Positions 20,494-30,757 are shown, counted from the whole stretch's first letter. The stretch: 61,570 bases of DNA, filler included, from 6 parts of 6 records of this genome joined end to end with filler, not necessarily neighbours in it, one strand, 5' to 3'. The notes: generated by a model not told the origin, from the letters alone. Translations and numbers: made by a program.

Positions 20494-21939
20494 TTACATC
20501 CCCCCTACAAATCTCCCCGGATTCATAATTCCCAACGGATCAATCTTTTCCTTCAGCCGCTTCATCACCGGGAATGCCGAACCGGGGTTCCCCCACATAT
20601 TGAGTTGTGTTTTCCATTGGGGGGGCACCGTTTGTACCACCAGGGAACCGTCTTTTTCACTAAACAGGCGCGATAAACGGTTTACGGTGTCAACGGCCTT
20701 TTCCATGGTGTCGTTGTCTTCTCCATCCAGCAAAAGCCTTGCCAGACATACGCCGTTGCCCGCGTGGGCCTGCAGGGCACAGGCCAGGCCCGCTTCTGAA
20801 AAGACGGTTTCAAGGGTTTTGAAACCCTTCGCCCATTCCGAAACAGGGGTATTGACCTTCAGGGTTATGAGCCCCGGATTTTTGCTTTCAAGGGTCCGCC
20901 CCAGGTTGCTCACGGCCAGCCAAAAGGCCTGATGCCGGTGGCCCTCAAGACGGTTGTTTGTAACGGCCCCGTGGGATTTGGCCATGGTTGTCAATTCCTC
21001 CCACATACGGGCCACGGCCGGAACAAACCCTTCCAGGGCCACGGCAACCCCGCAAGGGGCCGCGGAAAAGTCCCTAATGCCCTCCATGGGCAGTCTGCTG
21101 CAGGCGTTGCCGGTCAACACTTCCACCGCGGCGGGGAGGAGGGACGTTTCAAAGACCCGGTCCGCAAAAGCCGATGCCGCGTCAAAGGATTTAAAAGAGA
21201 AGAGAAGGGTTTCCATTTTTTCAGGCAGGGGAAGGAGTTTGAAGGTTATTTCACAGATAAGGCCGAGGCTCCCCAGGGAACCCACGGCCAGTTTGGAGAC
21301 GTCATAGCCCGATACGTTCTTGACGGTTTTCCCCCCTGATCCGATGATGTCTCCCGTGGGGGCCACCATGCGCACCCCCAGGATCAGGTCCCTCGGCAGG
21401 CGGTAGAGGAGACGGCGCGGTCCTGCGGCATTGGTGGCGATGATGCCGCCGATGGTGGCTTTGTCCGCCCGGGGGGGGTCCATGGGCAGAAAGCTGCCGC
21501 TGTGGGACCGGTCGGAACAGATCACCTCATCCCCTTCCGTGGCCAGATCTTCCAGGGGGAGGTAGCAGCGGTCCTCCTGGGTGGCCAGGCGCGCCTGAAT
21601 ATCCCTGAATTTGACGCCGGCCTCCACGGTGATGGTCAGGTTGGCCGTGTCCACATCGATGATGTGGTTCATACGCGAGGTCGAGAGTACCAGGTCGAGA
21701 CGTTTTGGTGGGTTGCCCATGGTCATCTGGGTGCCGCTGCCCCACGGGACAATCCCTAGGTTGTTGGCATGGGCCAGGCGGACCACATCTGAGACCTGCC
21801 GGGTATTCTTTGGGAAAACCACTGCTTGTGGGGTCAGGTGATCCACCCTGAATCGGGAAATCTGATCCGGTTCCACCGTGACCGCGTTCTGTCCCATCAA
21901 TTCTCTGAGTTCATTAATGATTTCCTCAAAATTTTTCAC
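20494..21939 (-). CDS. GlcE-like FAD-binding oxidoreductase subunit
   Basis: PWGSGT, ATIGG, GGKTVKNVSGYD, DP.GIMNPGR. Start uncertain (GTG 21939 or TTG 21957). Confidence 0.88.
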   Translation of the reverse strand: MKNFEEIINELRELMGQNAVTVEPDQISRFRVDHLTPQAVVFPKNTRQVSDVVRLAHANNLGIVPWGSGTQMTMGNPPKRLDLVLSTSRMNHIIDVDTANLTITVEAGVKFRDIQARLATQEDRCYLPLEDLATEGDEVICSDRSHSGSFLPMDPPRADKATIGGIIATNAAGPRRLLYRLPRDLILGVRMVAPTGDIIGSGGKTVKNVSGYDVSKLAVGSLGSLGLICEITFKLLPLPEKMETLLFSFKSFDAASAFADRVFETSLLPAAVEVLTGNACSRLPMEGIRDFSAAPCGVAVALEGFVPAVARMWEELTTMAKSHGAVTNNRLEGHRHQAFWLAVSNLGRTLESKNPGLITLKVNTPVSEWAKGFKTLETVFSEAGLACALQAHAGNGVCLARLLLDGEDNDTMEKAVDTVNRLSRLFSEKDGSLVVQTVPPQWKTQLNMWGNPGSAFPVMKRLKEKIDPLGIMNPGRFVGGM

Positions 21940-21964
21940 TTTGGAGGCTCCTTGCAATAAGTTA

Positions 21965-23356
21965 TTATTGACAAACGGCTTCGGGAATCATTTTGCCCGG
22001 GTTGATGATGTTGTCGGGGTCAAAGGCCTGTTTCAACGTCCTTTCAAATGCCAGGTCCGTTTCGCAGAAGATGAATGACGTCTCCCGCAGTTTTTCAAGC
22101 CCCACCCCATGTTCACCGCTGATGGTCCCGCCCGCATCGGCGCAGGCCTTCAGGATTTCCGTTGCCGCCTTCTGTACCCGCGCCTTTTCCTCCGGGTCCC
22201 TTTCGTCAAACATGATGAGGGGATGAAGGTTGCCGTCGCCCGCATGAAACACATTGCCGATGGGCAGATCGTATTTCTCTCCGATACGGATGACCTTGTT
22301 GAGCACTTCGGGCAGTTTGGTTCGGGGCACCGTGCCGTCGCAGCACTGGTAGCTGGGCCTGACCTGACCCACGGCCCCGAAAGCACCTTTTCTGCCGGCC
22401 CACAGGGTTGCCCGTTCCGTTTCATCCTTGGCCAGTTTGACTTCCCGGACATTGTTTTCCTTGCAGATGTCCATGATTTTCAGGGCACACTCTTCCATCC
22501 CCTGGGGCATGCCGTCCAGTTCGATGATTAACACGGCGGCCGCATCCAGGGGATAGCCCGCATGAATGGTCTCTTCCACCGCCCGCATGACCCGGTTGTC
22601 CATCATCTCAAGGGTCGCCGGGATAATCCCTTCCGCAATGATGGCGGATACCGTATTGGCGCCGTCTTCAATGGTTTCATAGACGGCCAGCATGGTTTTT
22701 ACCGCCTCGGGAGCCCGCTCCAGTTTGAGGATGGCCTTGGTTACCATGCCCAGGGTCCCTTCGCATCCCACAAAAAGACCGGTGAGGTCAAACCCCGGTT
22801 TGTCCCAGGCTTTGCCGCCCGTTTGAACAACGGTTCCGTCATCCAGCACCAGCTCCAGCCCCTGAATGTGATTGGAGGTGACCCCGTATTTCAAACAATG
22901 GGGTCCTCCGGAATTCTCGGCAATGTTACCCCCGATGGTGGAAACCTTCTGACTGGCGGGATCCGGCTGATAGACGAACCCCTTTTTGAGCACTTCCGTC
23001 TGGAGATCCAGGGTAATGATCCCCGGTTCAACGGTGACGGTGCGATTGGGGATATCCAGGTCCAGGATTCGGTTCATTCGGGAAAAATGCACCACAATGC
23101 CGCCTTTCACGGGAATGGTGCCGCCCGTCAGATTGGTCCCTGAACCCCTTCCCAGGATGGGCACTTTTTCCTTGTGGGCCAGCGCCATGATTTTGGACAC
23201 CTCTTCGGTGGAACCGGGCAGTACCACCACATCCGGTTCCCCTTTTTCAGGGGAAGCATCATAACTGTACAGCATGAGATCCATCCGGGACGAGAGGACA
23301 TTTTCTGGTCCCGCGATTTCTCCCAATCGGTCAACGAGTGTTTGTGCATCCATCAT
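21965..23356 (-). CDS. GlcD-like FAD-linked 2-hydroxyacid (D-lactate/glycolate) dehydrogenase
   Basis: GSGTNLTGG, PDPAS, HAGDGNLH, GEHGVG motifs. Confidence 0.93.
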   Translation of the reverse strand: MMDAQTLVDRLGEIAGPENVLSSRMDLMLYSYDASPEKGEPDVVVLPGSTEEVSKIMALAHKEKVPILGRGSGTNLTGGTIPVKGGIVVHFSRMNRILDLDIPNRTVTVEPGIITLDLQTEVLKKGFVYQPDPASQKVSTIGGNIAENSGGPHCLKYGVTSNHIQGLELVLDDGTVVQTGGKAWDKPGFDLTGLFVGCEGTLGMVTKAILKLERAPEAVKTMLAVYETIEDGANTVSAIIAEGIIPATLEMMDNRVMRAVEETIHAGYPLDAAAVLIIELDGMPQGMEECALKIMDICKENNVREVKLAKDETERATLWAGRKGAFGAVGQVRPSYQCCDGTVPRTKLPEVLNKVIRIGEKYDLPIGNVFHAGDGNLHPLIMFDERDPEEKARVQKAATEILKACADAGGTISGEHGVGLEKLRETSFIFCETDLAFERTLKQAFDPDNIINPGKMIPEAVCQ

Positions 23357-24649
23357 TTATTTCCTCCAGTCAGGGGTTGTGCGGGGTACCACATAAGGCC
23401 CTTCCGGGACCACGGCCACGCGGTTGTCTTCGTGTTTTTGAACACTTTTAAAAACAGCGTCTGCAACGGAAGAAACCGGATTTATATGGATATCTTTCAA
23501 ATCAAGGGATGAAAGGCCGGTGGAATACAGGTGTATGGTCCCCTGTCTCAGGGCTTTCACCAGCATTTCCGTCTGCCATTCGTCGATCAGGGCTTTTTCC
23601 CGTGTTTTCAGCTTCTCCATGAAGGCACCGGATCCCAGCCGGCACAACAGGCGCTGGGATGAAATAAACTCCCGGCTGCCCATGCCTTCCAAGCATTCGC
23701 CGGCGATGATGATGTCGCCTTCCGGCGCCACAATGTTCAGAACGCCTACCATCCCCTTTACCGTCTGGTAATAGGTTTTGTCCAGGGGATAGCCGGCGCC
23801 GGTGGTGACCACGGTTTTAAAGGGTTTTTGAACGGTCACTTCCGCATGTTGCCGCATGAAATCCACGGCTTGAAGATGACTTTTTTCGATGCCGCCGAAA
23901 TTTACAAACCCCATGCGTCGGTTTTCATCAATGGCCACGTTAAGTGCTGAAATGGATCCGATGGTGCGAACAATCTCCAGTTGCGCTTCATGTAGGGGGT
24001 TCCCTTTAAGGATGCAATTGGCGGCCCTGGGATGTTCCAGGATCCGGGCCGTATGGAACGTTAAGATGGTATCCTGAAAGGCCACGCCGGGAGCCACCAC
24101 TTTTCGGCCTCCGGAATATCCCGCCATGAAGTGGGGTTCCACCAGGCCGGTGACGATTCTGAGATCCGCTTCCACAAAACGCCGGTCAATGCCGATGGGG
24201 ATGCCTTTGGCCGTGGTCCCGAGATTCACATGGGCGGCCCGGTCCCGGGCAAAGTGGTTTTCAATGGGGATGGTTTCAAACACTTCGTCCGAACCGATGA
24301 TTTCGCGCAACTCTTTCCCTTCATTGGGCCGGTGAAGTCCCGTGGCCACCAGGATGAGGATGTTTTTGCGATCCATTCCGGCCAGGGTGAGCGTATCAAT
24401 GAGCGGTGGCAGCAGGATGCCGTTGGGCACCGGCCGGGTGATGTCGCAGATGAGGATGCAGGCGGTTTTTTTGCCGCGCGCAAGTTCGGAGAGGGGAGGG
24501 CCGTTCACCGGATTATCCAATGCTCGGTATACGGCACCCGTTGCATCCCCGATGGGTGTCATGGGATGTTTGCGGACCACCGTAATACGGAGATTTTCCG
24601 GCAAGTCAAGTTCCAGACCTTTTTTTCCGTAAAGTAGGTCTATCTTCAC
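23357..24649 (-). CDS. larA: Nickel-pincer-dependent lactate racemase family protein (LarA homologue)
   Basis: DITRP, ATGLHR, EPHFMAGYSGGRK motifs; probable GTG start at 24649. Confidence 0.88.
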   Translation of the reverse strand: MKIDLLYGKKGLELDLPENLRITVVRKHPMTPIGDATGAVYRALDNPVNGPPLSELARGKKTACILICDITRPVPNGILLPPLIDTLTLAGMDRKNILILVATGLHRPNEGKELREIIGSDEVFETIPIENHFARDRAAHVNLGTTAKGIPIGIDRRFVEADLRIVTGLVEPHFMAGYSGGRKVVAPGVAFQDTILTFHTARILEHPRAANCILKGNPLHEAQLEIVRTIGSISALNVAIDENRRMGFVNFGGIEKSHLQAVDFMRQHAEVTVQKPFKTVVTTGAGYPLDKTYYQTVKGMVGVLNIVAPEGDIIIAGECLEGMGSREFISSQRLLCRLGSGAFMEKLKTREKALIDEWQTEMLVKALRQGTIHLYSTGLSSLDLKDIHINPVSSVADAVFKSVQKHEDNRVAVVPEGPYVVPRTTPDWRK

Positions 24650-24804
24650 TTTATAACCTTCATTGTACCCGGCTCCGGAACGGAGATGCTTCACGCTCCG
24701 GTGAAACAGCATCAAAAAGGGGTACGGATAAGGATCATGATGAGAGGGTGAATGATTTCAAAAAAAGGGAGCAAGGCAAGGGTACCCGGCCCCCTGATTT
24801 TGTG

Positions 24805-24875
24805 TGGTGCCTAGGACGAGAATCGAACTCGTACGGGGGCAAGCCCCGAGGGATTTTAAGTCCCTTGCGTCTACC
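24805..24875 (-). tRNA. tRNA-Leu(TAA), 5'-truncated
   Basis: Minus strand GGTAGACGC-AAGGGAC-TTAAAA-TCCC, long variable arm, GTTCGATT T-loop, GGCACCA end. Confidence 0.93.
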
Positions 24876-24975
24876 NNNNNNNNNNNNNNNNNNNNNNNNN
24901 NNNNNNNNNNNNNNNNNNNTTAATTAATTAANNNNNNNNNNNNNNNNNNNNNNNNNNNNNNNNNNNNNNNNNNNN
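24876..24975. other. Artificial contig spacer
   Basis: N-run + TTAATTAATTAA + N-run. Confidence 0.99.
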
Positions 24976-25764
24976 GAAGACATCGCCAACCAGGCGATCG
25001 TCAACGATCAGGCGGACATCGGCATCGGCACGCCGTACGCGATCATCCAGAAGATCAAGGCGCCGATCCGCCTGTTCTTCCAGTTGAGCACGCTGCAGTT
25101 CTATCCGGTCGTCAACACCGAGCATTACAACAGCTGGAAAGACCTGGACGGCGGCGACCTGGTGGTCCATTCGCGCACATCAGGCACGCTGGCGATTGCC
25201 AACCTGATGGCCCAGACCCACGGCATCAAATACGCATCCGTCAGCTACGTTCCGGGTTCGGAAGTCCGGGCGTTGGGCATGCTGAAGGGCAACATCAAGG
25301 CGAGCATCATCGATTCCGTGAACACCAACTTCCTGATGGACAAGGCGCCGGGCAAGTTCAAGGTTCTGCCGTTGGGCGAATTGAACGCCAGCGACGAGGC
25401 CCTGTTCGCGCGCCAGGATTACCTGGAAAAGAACGCCGAAACGGTCGGTGTGTTCCTTGAGGAACTGATCAAGACGTGGCGCGAAATCAATGACAATCCG
25501 GCCTCGATCGCCGACATGCGCAAGGAATTCAACCTGCTCAAGGACCTGCCGAAGGACCTCGAGAAGGAAATCCTTCCGTATTACGAACTCGGCGCCAAGG
25601 GCGGCATGTTCCCGAAAGACGGCGGTGGCGCGGCGGCGGCGAAGTCGGACTTCGATTTCTATTCGGTGGCCGGCCAGATCAAGGGCGATCCCGCCAGCCT
25701 CAAGGTCGAGAACTTCTGGTATCTCGAGCCCCTGAACGCGGCTTTGAAGAAAGTCGGGATGTAA
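24976..25764 (+). CDS. NitT/TauT-family ABC transporter substrate-binding protein, 5'-truncated
   Basis: Frame open from the contig start (EDIANQAIVNDQADIGIG...); SsuA/NMT1-like features; upstream of permeases. Confidence 0.85.
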   Translation, partial: EDIANQAIVNDQADIGIGTPYAIIQKIKAPIRLFFQLSTLQFYPVVNTEHYNSWKDLDGGDLVVHSRTSGTLAIANLMAQTHGIKYASVSYVPGSEVRALGMLKGNIKASIIDSVNTNFLMDKAPGKFKVLPLGELNASDEALFARQDYLEKNAETVGVFLEELIKTWREINDNPASIADMRKEFNLLKDLPKDLEKEILPYYELGAKGGMFPKDGGGAAAAKSDFDFYSVAGQIKGDPASLKVENFWYLEPLNAALKKVGM

Positions 25765-25917
25765 CGGGAGCCTGTAGGATCGATCGGGCGGAAGCGCTAG
25801 ACACCGCCTGAAAAACAAGACTTCCGAACAGACCCGGGAAGCGTCAGAAGCGGCGCTTCCCGGGGCTCCCGGGTCCGCAAGTTGGAAACGACCCCAAGAA
25901 AACAGGAATAAAAATCG

Positions 25918-26682
25918 ATGGCGTTGCGTAACCTCGCCCGTCAGGCCTGGATCTGGAAACTGCTCTCGTTTGTGCTGTTCTTCGGCGCCTGGGAGATCGC
26001 AGGGCAAATCCCGATCAGCCTAGCCTTCCCGCCCTTCGGGGAAACATTTCTCGCGTTTGCGCGCATGACCTTCGACGGCAGTTTCCTAGGCGCCTATGCG
26101 CAGACGGTGCAGCCGCTCTTGATCGGCGTGATCATCAGTTCCGTCGCCGGCATCGGCTTCGGCGTCGGCATGGGCCTTTGGCGCAATATCGAATGGTTCA
26201 CCTTGGTGATCTTCGTCATTCTGCAGGCCGCCCCGGTCGCCGCGATCATTCCGCTGGTGACGTATCTTTACGGCATCGGCCTGACTTCGAAGGTGATCGC
26301 GGTGGTGATCATGGCGCTGCCGCTGATCGTGCTGAATTCGTACAAGGGCATCCGCCACACCAGCCCGTCGCTGATCGAGATGTGCCGCTCGTTCCAGGGA
26401 ACCCGTGCCCAGGAGATCGTCAAGGTGATTTTGCCCGCGGCCAGCCCGTTGATCTTCGCCGGGCTGCGGCTGGGCATCGGTGCCGGTTTCATCGGCGTCG
26501 TGCTGGCCGAACTGCTGATCACCCCGACCGGCATCGGCGATCTGATCACCTATCACCGTTCGATCGCCGACTATCCGGAGATGTTCGCGGCAATCTCGTC
26601 GATCATCTTCCTGGCGGCGGTGTCCCTGACGGTATTGTTGAAAATGGAAGTGTTGGTCCGGCCCGAGAGCCGCAAGCGCTGA
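25918..26682 (+). CDS. NitT/TauT ABC permease
   Basis: TM helices, EAA-like loop, ILPAASP..FAGLRL, AEL motif. Confidence 0.92.
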   Translation: MALRNLARQAWIWKLLSFVLFFGAWEIAGQIPISLAFPPFGETFLAFARMTFDGSFLGAYAQTVQPLLIGVIISSVAGIGFGVGMGLWRNIEWFTLVIFVILQAAPVAAIIPLVTYLYGIGLTSKVIAVVIMALPLIVLNSYKGIRHTSPSLIEMCRSFQGTRAQEIVKVILPAASPLIFAGLRLGIGAGFIGVVLAELLITPTGIGDLITYHRSIADYPEMFAAISSIIFLAAVSLTVLLKMEVLVRPESRKR

Positions 26683-26699
26683 GAGAGACGGAAATAATC

Positions 26700-27530
26700 A
26701 TGGAACAAACCGCAATGAAAACGTCCGAAACGGCCGTCGAAACCATCGTCGAGGTCGACGAAATCGCGAAGCGCTACGAAGGCGGCGTACAGGCCCTGAA
26801 GGGAGTCAACCTGACCATCCCGTCCGGCCAGCTGACCTCGTTTCTCGGCCCCAGCGGCTGCGGCAAGACGACCTTGCTGAAGATCATCTCGGGGCTGCTC
26901 GAGCCGACCGAAGGCGAGGTCCGCATCCGCGGAAAAAAAGTGAGCGGACCGGGACCGGACCGCGCCTTCGTTTTCCAGGACTTCGCGCTGATGCCGTGGG
27001 CGAACGTCATCCGCAACGTCGCCTTCGGGCTCGAATTGCGCGGCATCGACAAGGACCAGCGCTTCGAGACGGCCCGCAAATACATCGCCGAGGTCGGCCT
27101 CAAGGGCTTCGAGGAAGCCTATCCGCACGAGCTGTCGGGCGGCATGCGCCAGCGCGTCGGCCTGGCCCGGGCGCTGACGGTGGATGCCGATATCCTGCTG
27201 ATGGACGAGCCGTTTGCTTCGGTCGACGAGCAGACCCGCCGCAAGTTCCAGGAGGACCTGCTGGACCTGCTGAAGATCGAGAAAAAGACGGTGATTTTCG
27301 TCACCCACAGCATCGAGGAGGCGGTCTACGTTTCCGACCAGATCATCCTGCTGTCGCGCCGTCCGGGCAAGGTCGAGAAGGTATTCACGCCGGAACTCGA
27401 CCGTAACGTCGCACCCGACGAAATCCGCCGGGCCAAGAACTATCTGGACAACGTCGACGAAATCTGGGCGATCCTGCGCGAATACCTGCAGGAAGACGAA
27501 AGCGCGCCTGCCGGAGGGAACGGTCAGTAA
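26700..27530 (+). CDS. NitT/TauT ABC ATP-binding protein
   Basis: GPSGCGKT, LSGGMRQR, LLMDEPF, VTH; start MEQTAM at 26700. Confidence 0.95.
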   Translation: MEQTAMKTSETAVETIVEVDEIAKRYEGGVQALKGVNLTIPSGQLTSFLGPSGCGKTTLLKIISGLLEPTEGEVRIRGKKVSGPGPDRAFVFQDFALMPWANVIRNVAFGLELRGIDKDQRFETARKYIAEVGLKGFEEAYPHELSGGMRQRVGLARALTVDADILLMDEPFASVDEQTRRKFQEDLLDLLKIEKKTVIFVTHSIEEAVYVSDQIILLSRRPGKVEKVFTPELDRNVAPDEIRRAKNYLDNVDEIWAILREYLQEDESAPAGGNGQ

Positions 27531-28282
27531 TGAAAGTCTTCGGAAAACCGATACCGATCGTCTTCTCGCTGGTCCTGTGGGCGATCCTCTGGGAGATCGT
27601 CGGCCATACCGGCTGGCTCGAGATTTTTCCGCCGTTGAGCGAAATCTTCAAGGCCGGCCTGGAAATGGTCCCGACCGACAAGTTCCACAACGCCGTCGAC
27701 ATCACGGTCAGGGCCTATTTCAGCGGCATGATTCTGGCCGTCGTCATCGGCATCCCGCTGGGCGCCCTGATGGGCTACAGCAAGGTCGTCGACCGCCTGA
27801 TCGGAACCTGGGTGAACATCTTCGTCAGCGCGCCCCTGACCGCCATCGTGCCGGTCCTGATGGTGCTGTTCGGAATCGGCCAGACGACGGTCATCGCCAG
27901 CGTCTTTCTGTTCGCGATCTGGGTCATCGTGCTCGATACCCGGGCCGGCGTGAAGGGGGTCAACCCGTCGCTGCCGGAAATGGCCTATTCGTTCGGGGCC
28001 GGCTCGTGGACGGTGTTCTTCCGGATCTACCTGCTGGCGGCTCTGCCGGAGGTTCTGGCCGGCATCCGCTTGGGCCTGATCCGCGCCGTCAAAGGCGTCG
28101 TCATCGGCCAGTTGCTGGTCGCGATCATGGGCATCGGCGAACTGTTCGAGCTGTATTCGCGGAACTTCCTGTTCGAGGAGTTTTGGGCCCTGCTGCTGAT
28201 GGTGTTCGCCTTCGCGTTCGCGACCGCCGAAGCCGTCGGCTATGTTGAGCGCCGGATCGAATACTACGCCAGCGCCCGATAA
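27530..28282 (+). CDS. NitT/TauT ABC permease (second)
   Basis: TM helices, EMAYSFGA EAA loop; TAATG overlap with the ATPase gene. Confidence 0.92.
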   Translation: MKVFGKPIPIVFSLVLWAILWEIVGHTGWLEIFPPLSEIFKAGLEMVPTDKFHNAVDITVRAYFSGMILAVVIGIPLGALMGYSKVVDRLIGTWVNIFVSAPLTAIVPVLMVLFGIGQTTVIASVFLFAIWVIVLDTRAGVKGVNPSLPEMAYSFGAGSWTVFFRIYLLAALPEVLAGIRLGLIRAVKGVVIGQLLVAIMGIGELFELYSRNFLFEEFWALLLMVFAFAFATAEAVGYVERRIEYYASAR

Positions 28283-28308
28283 GACATTACGGAAAAAGGA
28301 AAAAAAGA

Positions 28309-29088
28309 ATGGATCTTGGAATTGCCGGTAAGAAAGCCATCGTCGGCGGCGCCAGCGCCGGATTGGGACGGGCCTGCGCCATGTCCCTGGCCGGCGAGGG
28401 GGTCGAGCTGACCATCGTTTCGCGGACCCGCGACACCATCGAAGCGGCCGCCGAGGAAATCCGCAAAGCGACCGGCGCGACGGTGACCGCCGTCGCCGTC
28501 GACATCACCACCGACGAGGGCCGCGCGGCGGTCCTGACGGCCTGTCCGGAACCGGACATCCTGGTCAACAATTCGGGCGGCCCGCCGACCGGCAACTACA
28601 AGGATTGGGGTCGTGACGAGTGGTTCTCGGCGGTCAACGGCAACATGCTGTACCCGATCTTCATGATCAAGGACACCATCGACGGCATGATCGCCCGCAA
28701 ATGGGGCAGGGTCGTCAACGTCACTTCGAGCGCGGTGAAGGCGCCGATCAACATACTCGGCCTGTCGAACGGCGCACGCGCCGGGCTGACCGGCTTCATC
28801 GCCGGCCTGGCCCGTGATGTGGCCCCGCACGGGATTACCGTGAACAACGTCCTGCCGGGCGATTTCGAGACCGAACGCCATACGTCCAACACCGAAGCGA
28901 TGGCCAAGCGCGAGGGTAAATCCTTCGACGAGATGAAAGCCATCCGGGTCGGCCGCATTCCGGCCGGGCGTTACGGCGATCCGGCCGAGTTCGGCGATTT
29001 CGTCGCTTTCGTGTGCAGCGAAAAAGCCGCCTTCGTGACGGCGCAGAACCTGTTGCTCGACGGTGGCAAATACCCCGGGACATTCTGA
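28309..29088 (+). CDS. Short-chain dehydrogenase/reductase
   Basis: GASAGLG, LVNNSGGP, VNNVLPG; SNGAR in place of YxxxK. Confidence 0.92.
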   Translation: MDLGIAGKKAIVGGASAGLGRACAMSLAGEGVELTIVSRTRDTIEAAAEEIRKATGATVTAVAVDITTDEGRAAVLTACPEPDILVNNSGGPPTGNYKDWGRDEWFSAVNGNMLYPIFMIKDTIDGMIARKWGRVVNVTSSAVKAPINILGLSNGARAGLTGFIAGLARDVAPHGITVNNVLPGDFETERHTSNTEAMAKREGKSFDEMKAIRVGRIPAGRYGDPAEFGDFVAFVCSEKAAFVTAQNLLLDGGKYPGTF

Positions 29089-29279
29089 TACCGGCAAATC
29101 CCGCAATGAATTATGCCGGTTTTGCAAACCTCGACCCGCGAGTCACACTCGCGGGTCCCTTGTTTGGCCGAAAAGGTGTCTTTTCCCTTGACGATGTGGC
29201 CTCAAAACCTTAATAAACCGCCTCTCCGGCGCGTGATAAACGCGCCTGTTTCCTGAATCGCGAAATAAGGACCGAACCG

Positions 29280-29576
29280 ATGGCCAAGCGCTGTTCTTTG
29301 ACCGGCAAGGGTGTGTTGACCGGAAATAACGTCAGCCACGCCCACAACAAAACCCGGCGCCGTTTCCTGCCGAACCTGCAGGTGGCCTCGATTTGGAGCG
29401 ACAGCATGGAAAAGTCCGTGCGGCTTCGGCTTTCGGCTTACGCGATGCGCCTGATCGAAAAGAAGGGCGGCCTGGACGCCTATATTCTCGGCACCCGCAA
29501 TACGCAGCTTCCGCCGGAAATCCGGCGCCTCAAGAAGCTGATCGTCAGGGCGGTCGAACGCAAGGCCGCCGCCTGA
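29280..29576 (+). CDS. rpmB: 50S ribosomal protein L28
   Basis: MAKRCSLTGK...GNNVSHAHNKTRRRFLPNLQ, long alphaproteobacterial form. Confidence 0.97.
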   Translation: MAKRCSLTGKGVLTGNNVSHAHNKTRRRFLPNLQVASIWSDSMEKSVRLRLSAYAMRLIEKKGGLDAYILGTRNTQLPPEIRRLKKLIVRAVERKAAA

Positions 29577-29604
29577 CGGCATTACCGGTCCGAACGGCAA
29601 AACG

Positions 29605-29635
29605 AGGCCCGCTTTAAGCGGGCCTTTGTCGTTTT
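29605..29635 (+). terminator. Intrinsic terminator after rpmB
   Basis: AGGCCCGCT-TTA-AGCGGGCCT followed by a T-rich tail. Confidence 0.7.
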
Positions 29636-29649
29636 AAGCGGGGCAAGAC

Positions 29650-30087
29650 ATGATCGAATTCGCCGGTCCCATCGGCTTGTTCCTGGCTTCGTTTCTGGCG
29701 GCGACGATTTTTCCGTTTCAGTCGGAGGCCTTCCTGGTCGCCCTGGTGATCGCCGGCGATCATCCCTGGTGGCTGCTGTTGTTGATCGCCAGCGTCGGCA
29801 ATGTCGCCGGTGCCGTCATCAACTGGTTGCTGGGGCGGTTTTTGTATGCCTTCCGCGACCGGCGGTGGTTTCCGATCAAGCAGGCGGCGCTGGAGAGGGC
29901 GCGGGGATATTATCTGCGTTATGGCGTCTGGTCGCTGCTGTTGGCCTGGGTGCCCTTTATCGGCGATCCCCTGACCGTCGTCGCCGGAATCTTCCGGACC
30001 AACCTGGGTCTGTTCTTCGTCCTCGTCTCGATCGGCAAGACGGCACGCTACGCGTTCCTGGTGGCTGTCGCCCTGGCCTGGATATGA
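29650..30087 (+). CDS. YqaA/DedA family membrane protein
   Basis: FLAATIFPFQSE, GNVAG, WVPFIGDPLT, GKTARY motifs. Confidence 0.9.
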   Translation: MIEFAGPIGLFLASFLAATIFPFQSEAFLVALVIAGDHPWWLLLLIASVGNVAGAVINWLLGRFLYAFRDRRWFPIKQAALERARGYYLRYGVWSLLLAWVPFIGDPLTVVAGIFRTNLGLFFVLVSIGKTARYAFLVAVALAWI

Positions 30088-30190
30088 TCACCGGCTTGCG
30101 TGTTGTCGGCGTGTCGTTCCGGCGCTAATCTGCGCGCGGTTCTCCGAAAACAGGAACCGGCTATAATTTACACAAGGACTTTTGACGTAA

Positions 30191-30673
30191 ATGAATAATT
30201 GCCCCTGCGGCTCGGGCCGCGAATTCGAGACCTGTTGCGGACCCATCATCGACGGCGCCCCGGCGCCCACCCCGGAAGCGCTGATGCGCTCGCGCTATTC
30301 GGCCTATGTCACCGGCAAGGTCGAACACATCGACGCCTCGCACGCCCCCGAGGCGAAGGAAGATTTCGACAAGGCGGCGGCCGAAGAAATGGCCAAATCG
30401 GTCAAATGGCTGGGGCTCGAGATCCGCGACACATCCGGCGGCGGCGGTGACGACGAGACCGGAACGGTCGAATTCGTCGCCAGCTTCCGCCAGGACGGCA
30501 CCCGCCAGGCCCATCACGAACTGGCTACTTTCAGGCGCGTCGACGGCAACTGGATGTATGTCGACGGGCAGGAGAACCCGAAAACCCCGCCGAAGACGGT
30601 CGACAAGGTCGGCCGCAACGAACCGTGCCCGTGCGGGTCCGGCAAGAAATACAAGAAGTGCTGCGGGGCGTAA
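30191..30673 (+). CDS. YchJ family SEC-C protein
   Basis: CPCGSG at both ends, [29 protein letters not shown]. Confidence 0.93.
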   Translation: MNNCPCGSGREFETCCGPIIDGAPAPTPEALMRSRYSAYVTGKVEHIDASHAPEAKEDFDKAAAEEMAKSVKWLGLEIRDTSGGGGDDETGTVEFVASFRQDGTRQAHHELATFRRVDGNWMYVDGQENPKTPPKTVDKVGRNEPCPCGSGKKYKKCCGA

Positions 30674-30725
30674 GTGGCCGGTCAAGTCCAGGTCGTCGAC
30701 CCAGGAGCGAAGGCAATTCAGACTC

Positions 30726-30757
30726 CGTCATGCCCCGGCGCTAGCCCGGGGCATCCA
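30726..30757 (+). repeat. CGTC-type REP-like palindrome (left of GIY-YIG gene)
   Basis: CGTCATGCCCCGGCGCTAGCCCGGGGCATCCA. Confidence 0.85.
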
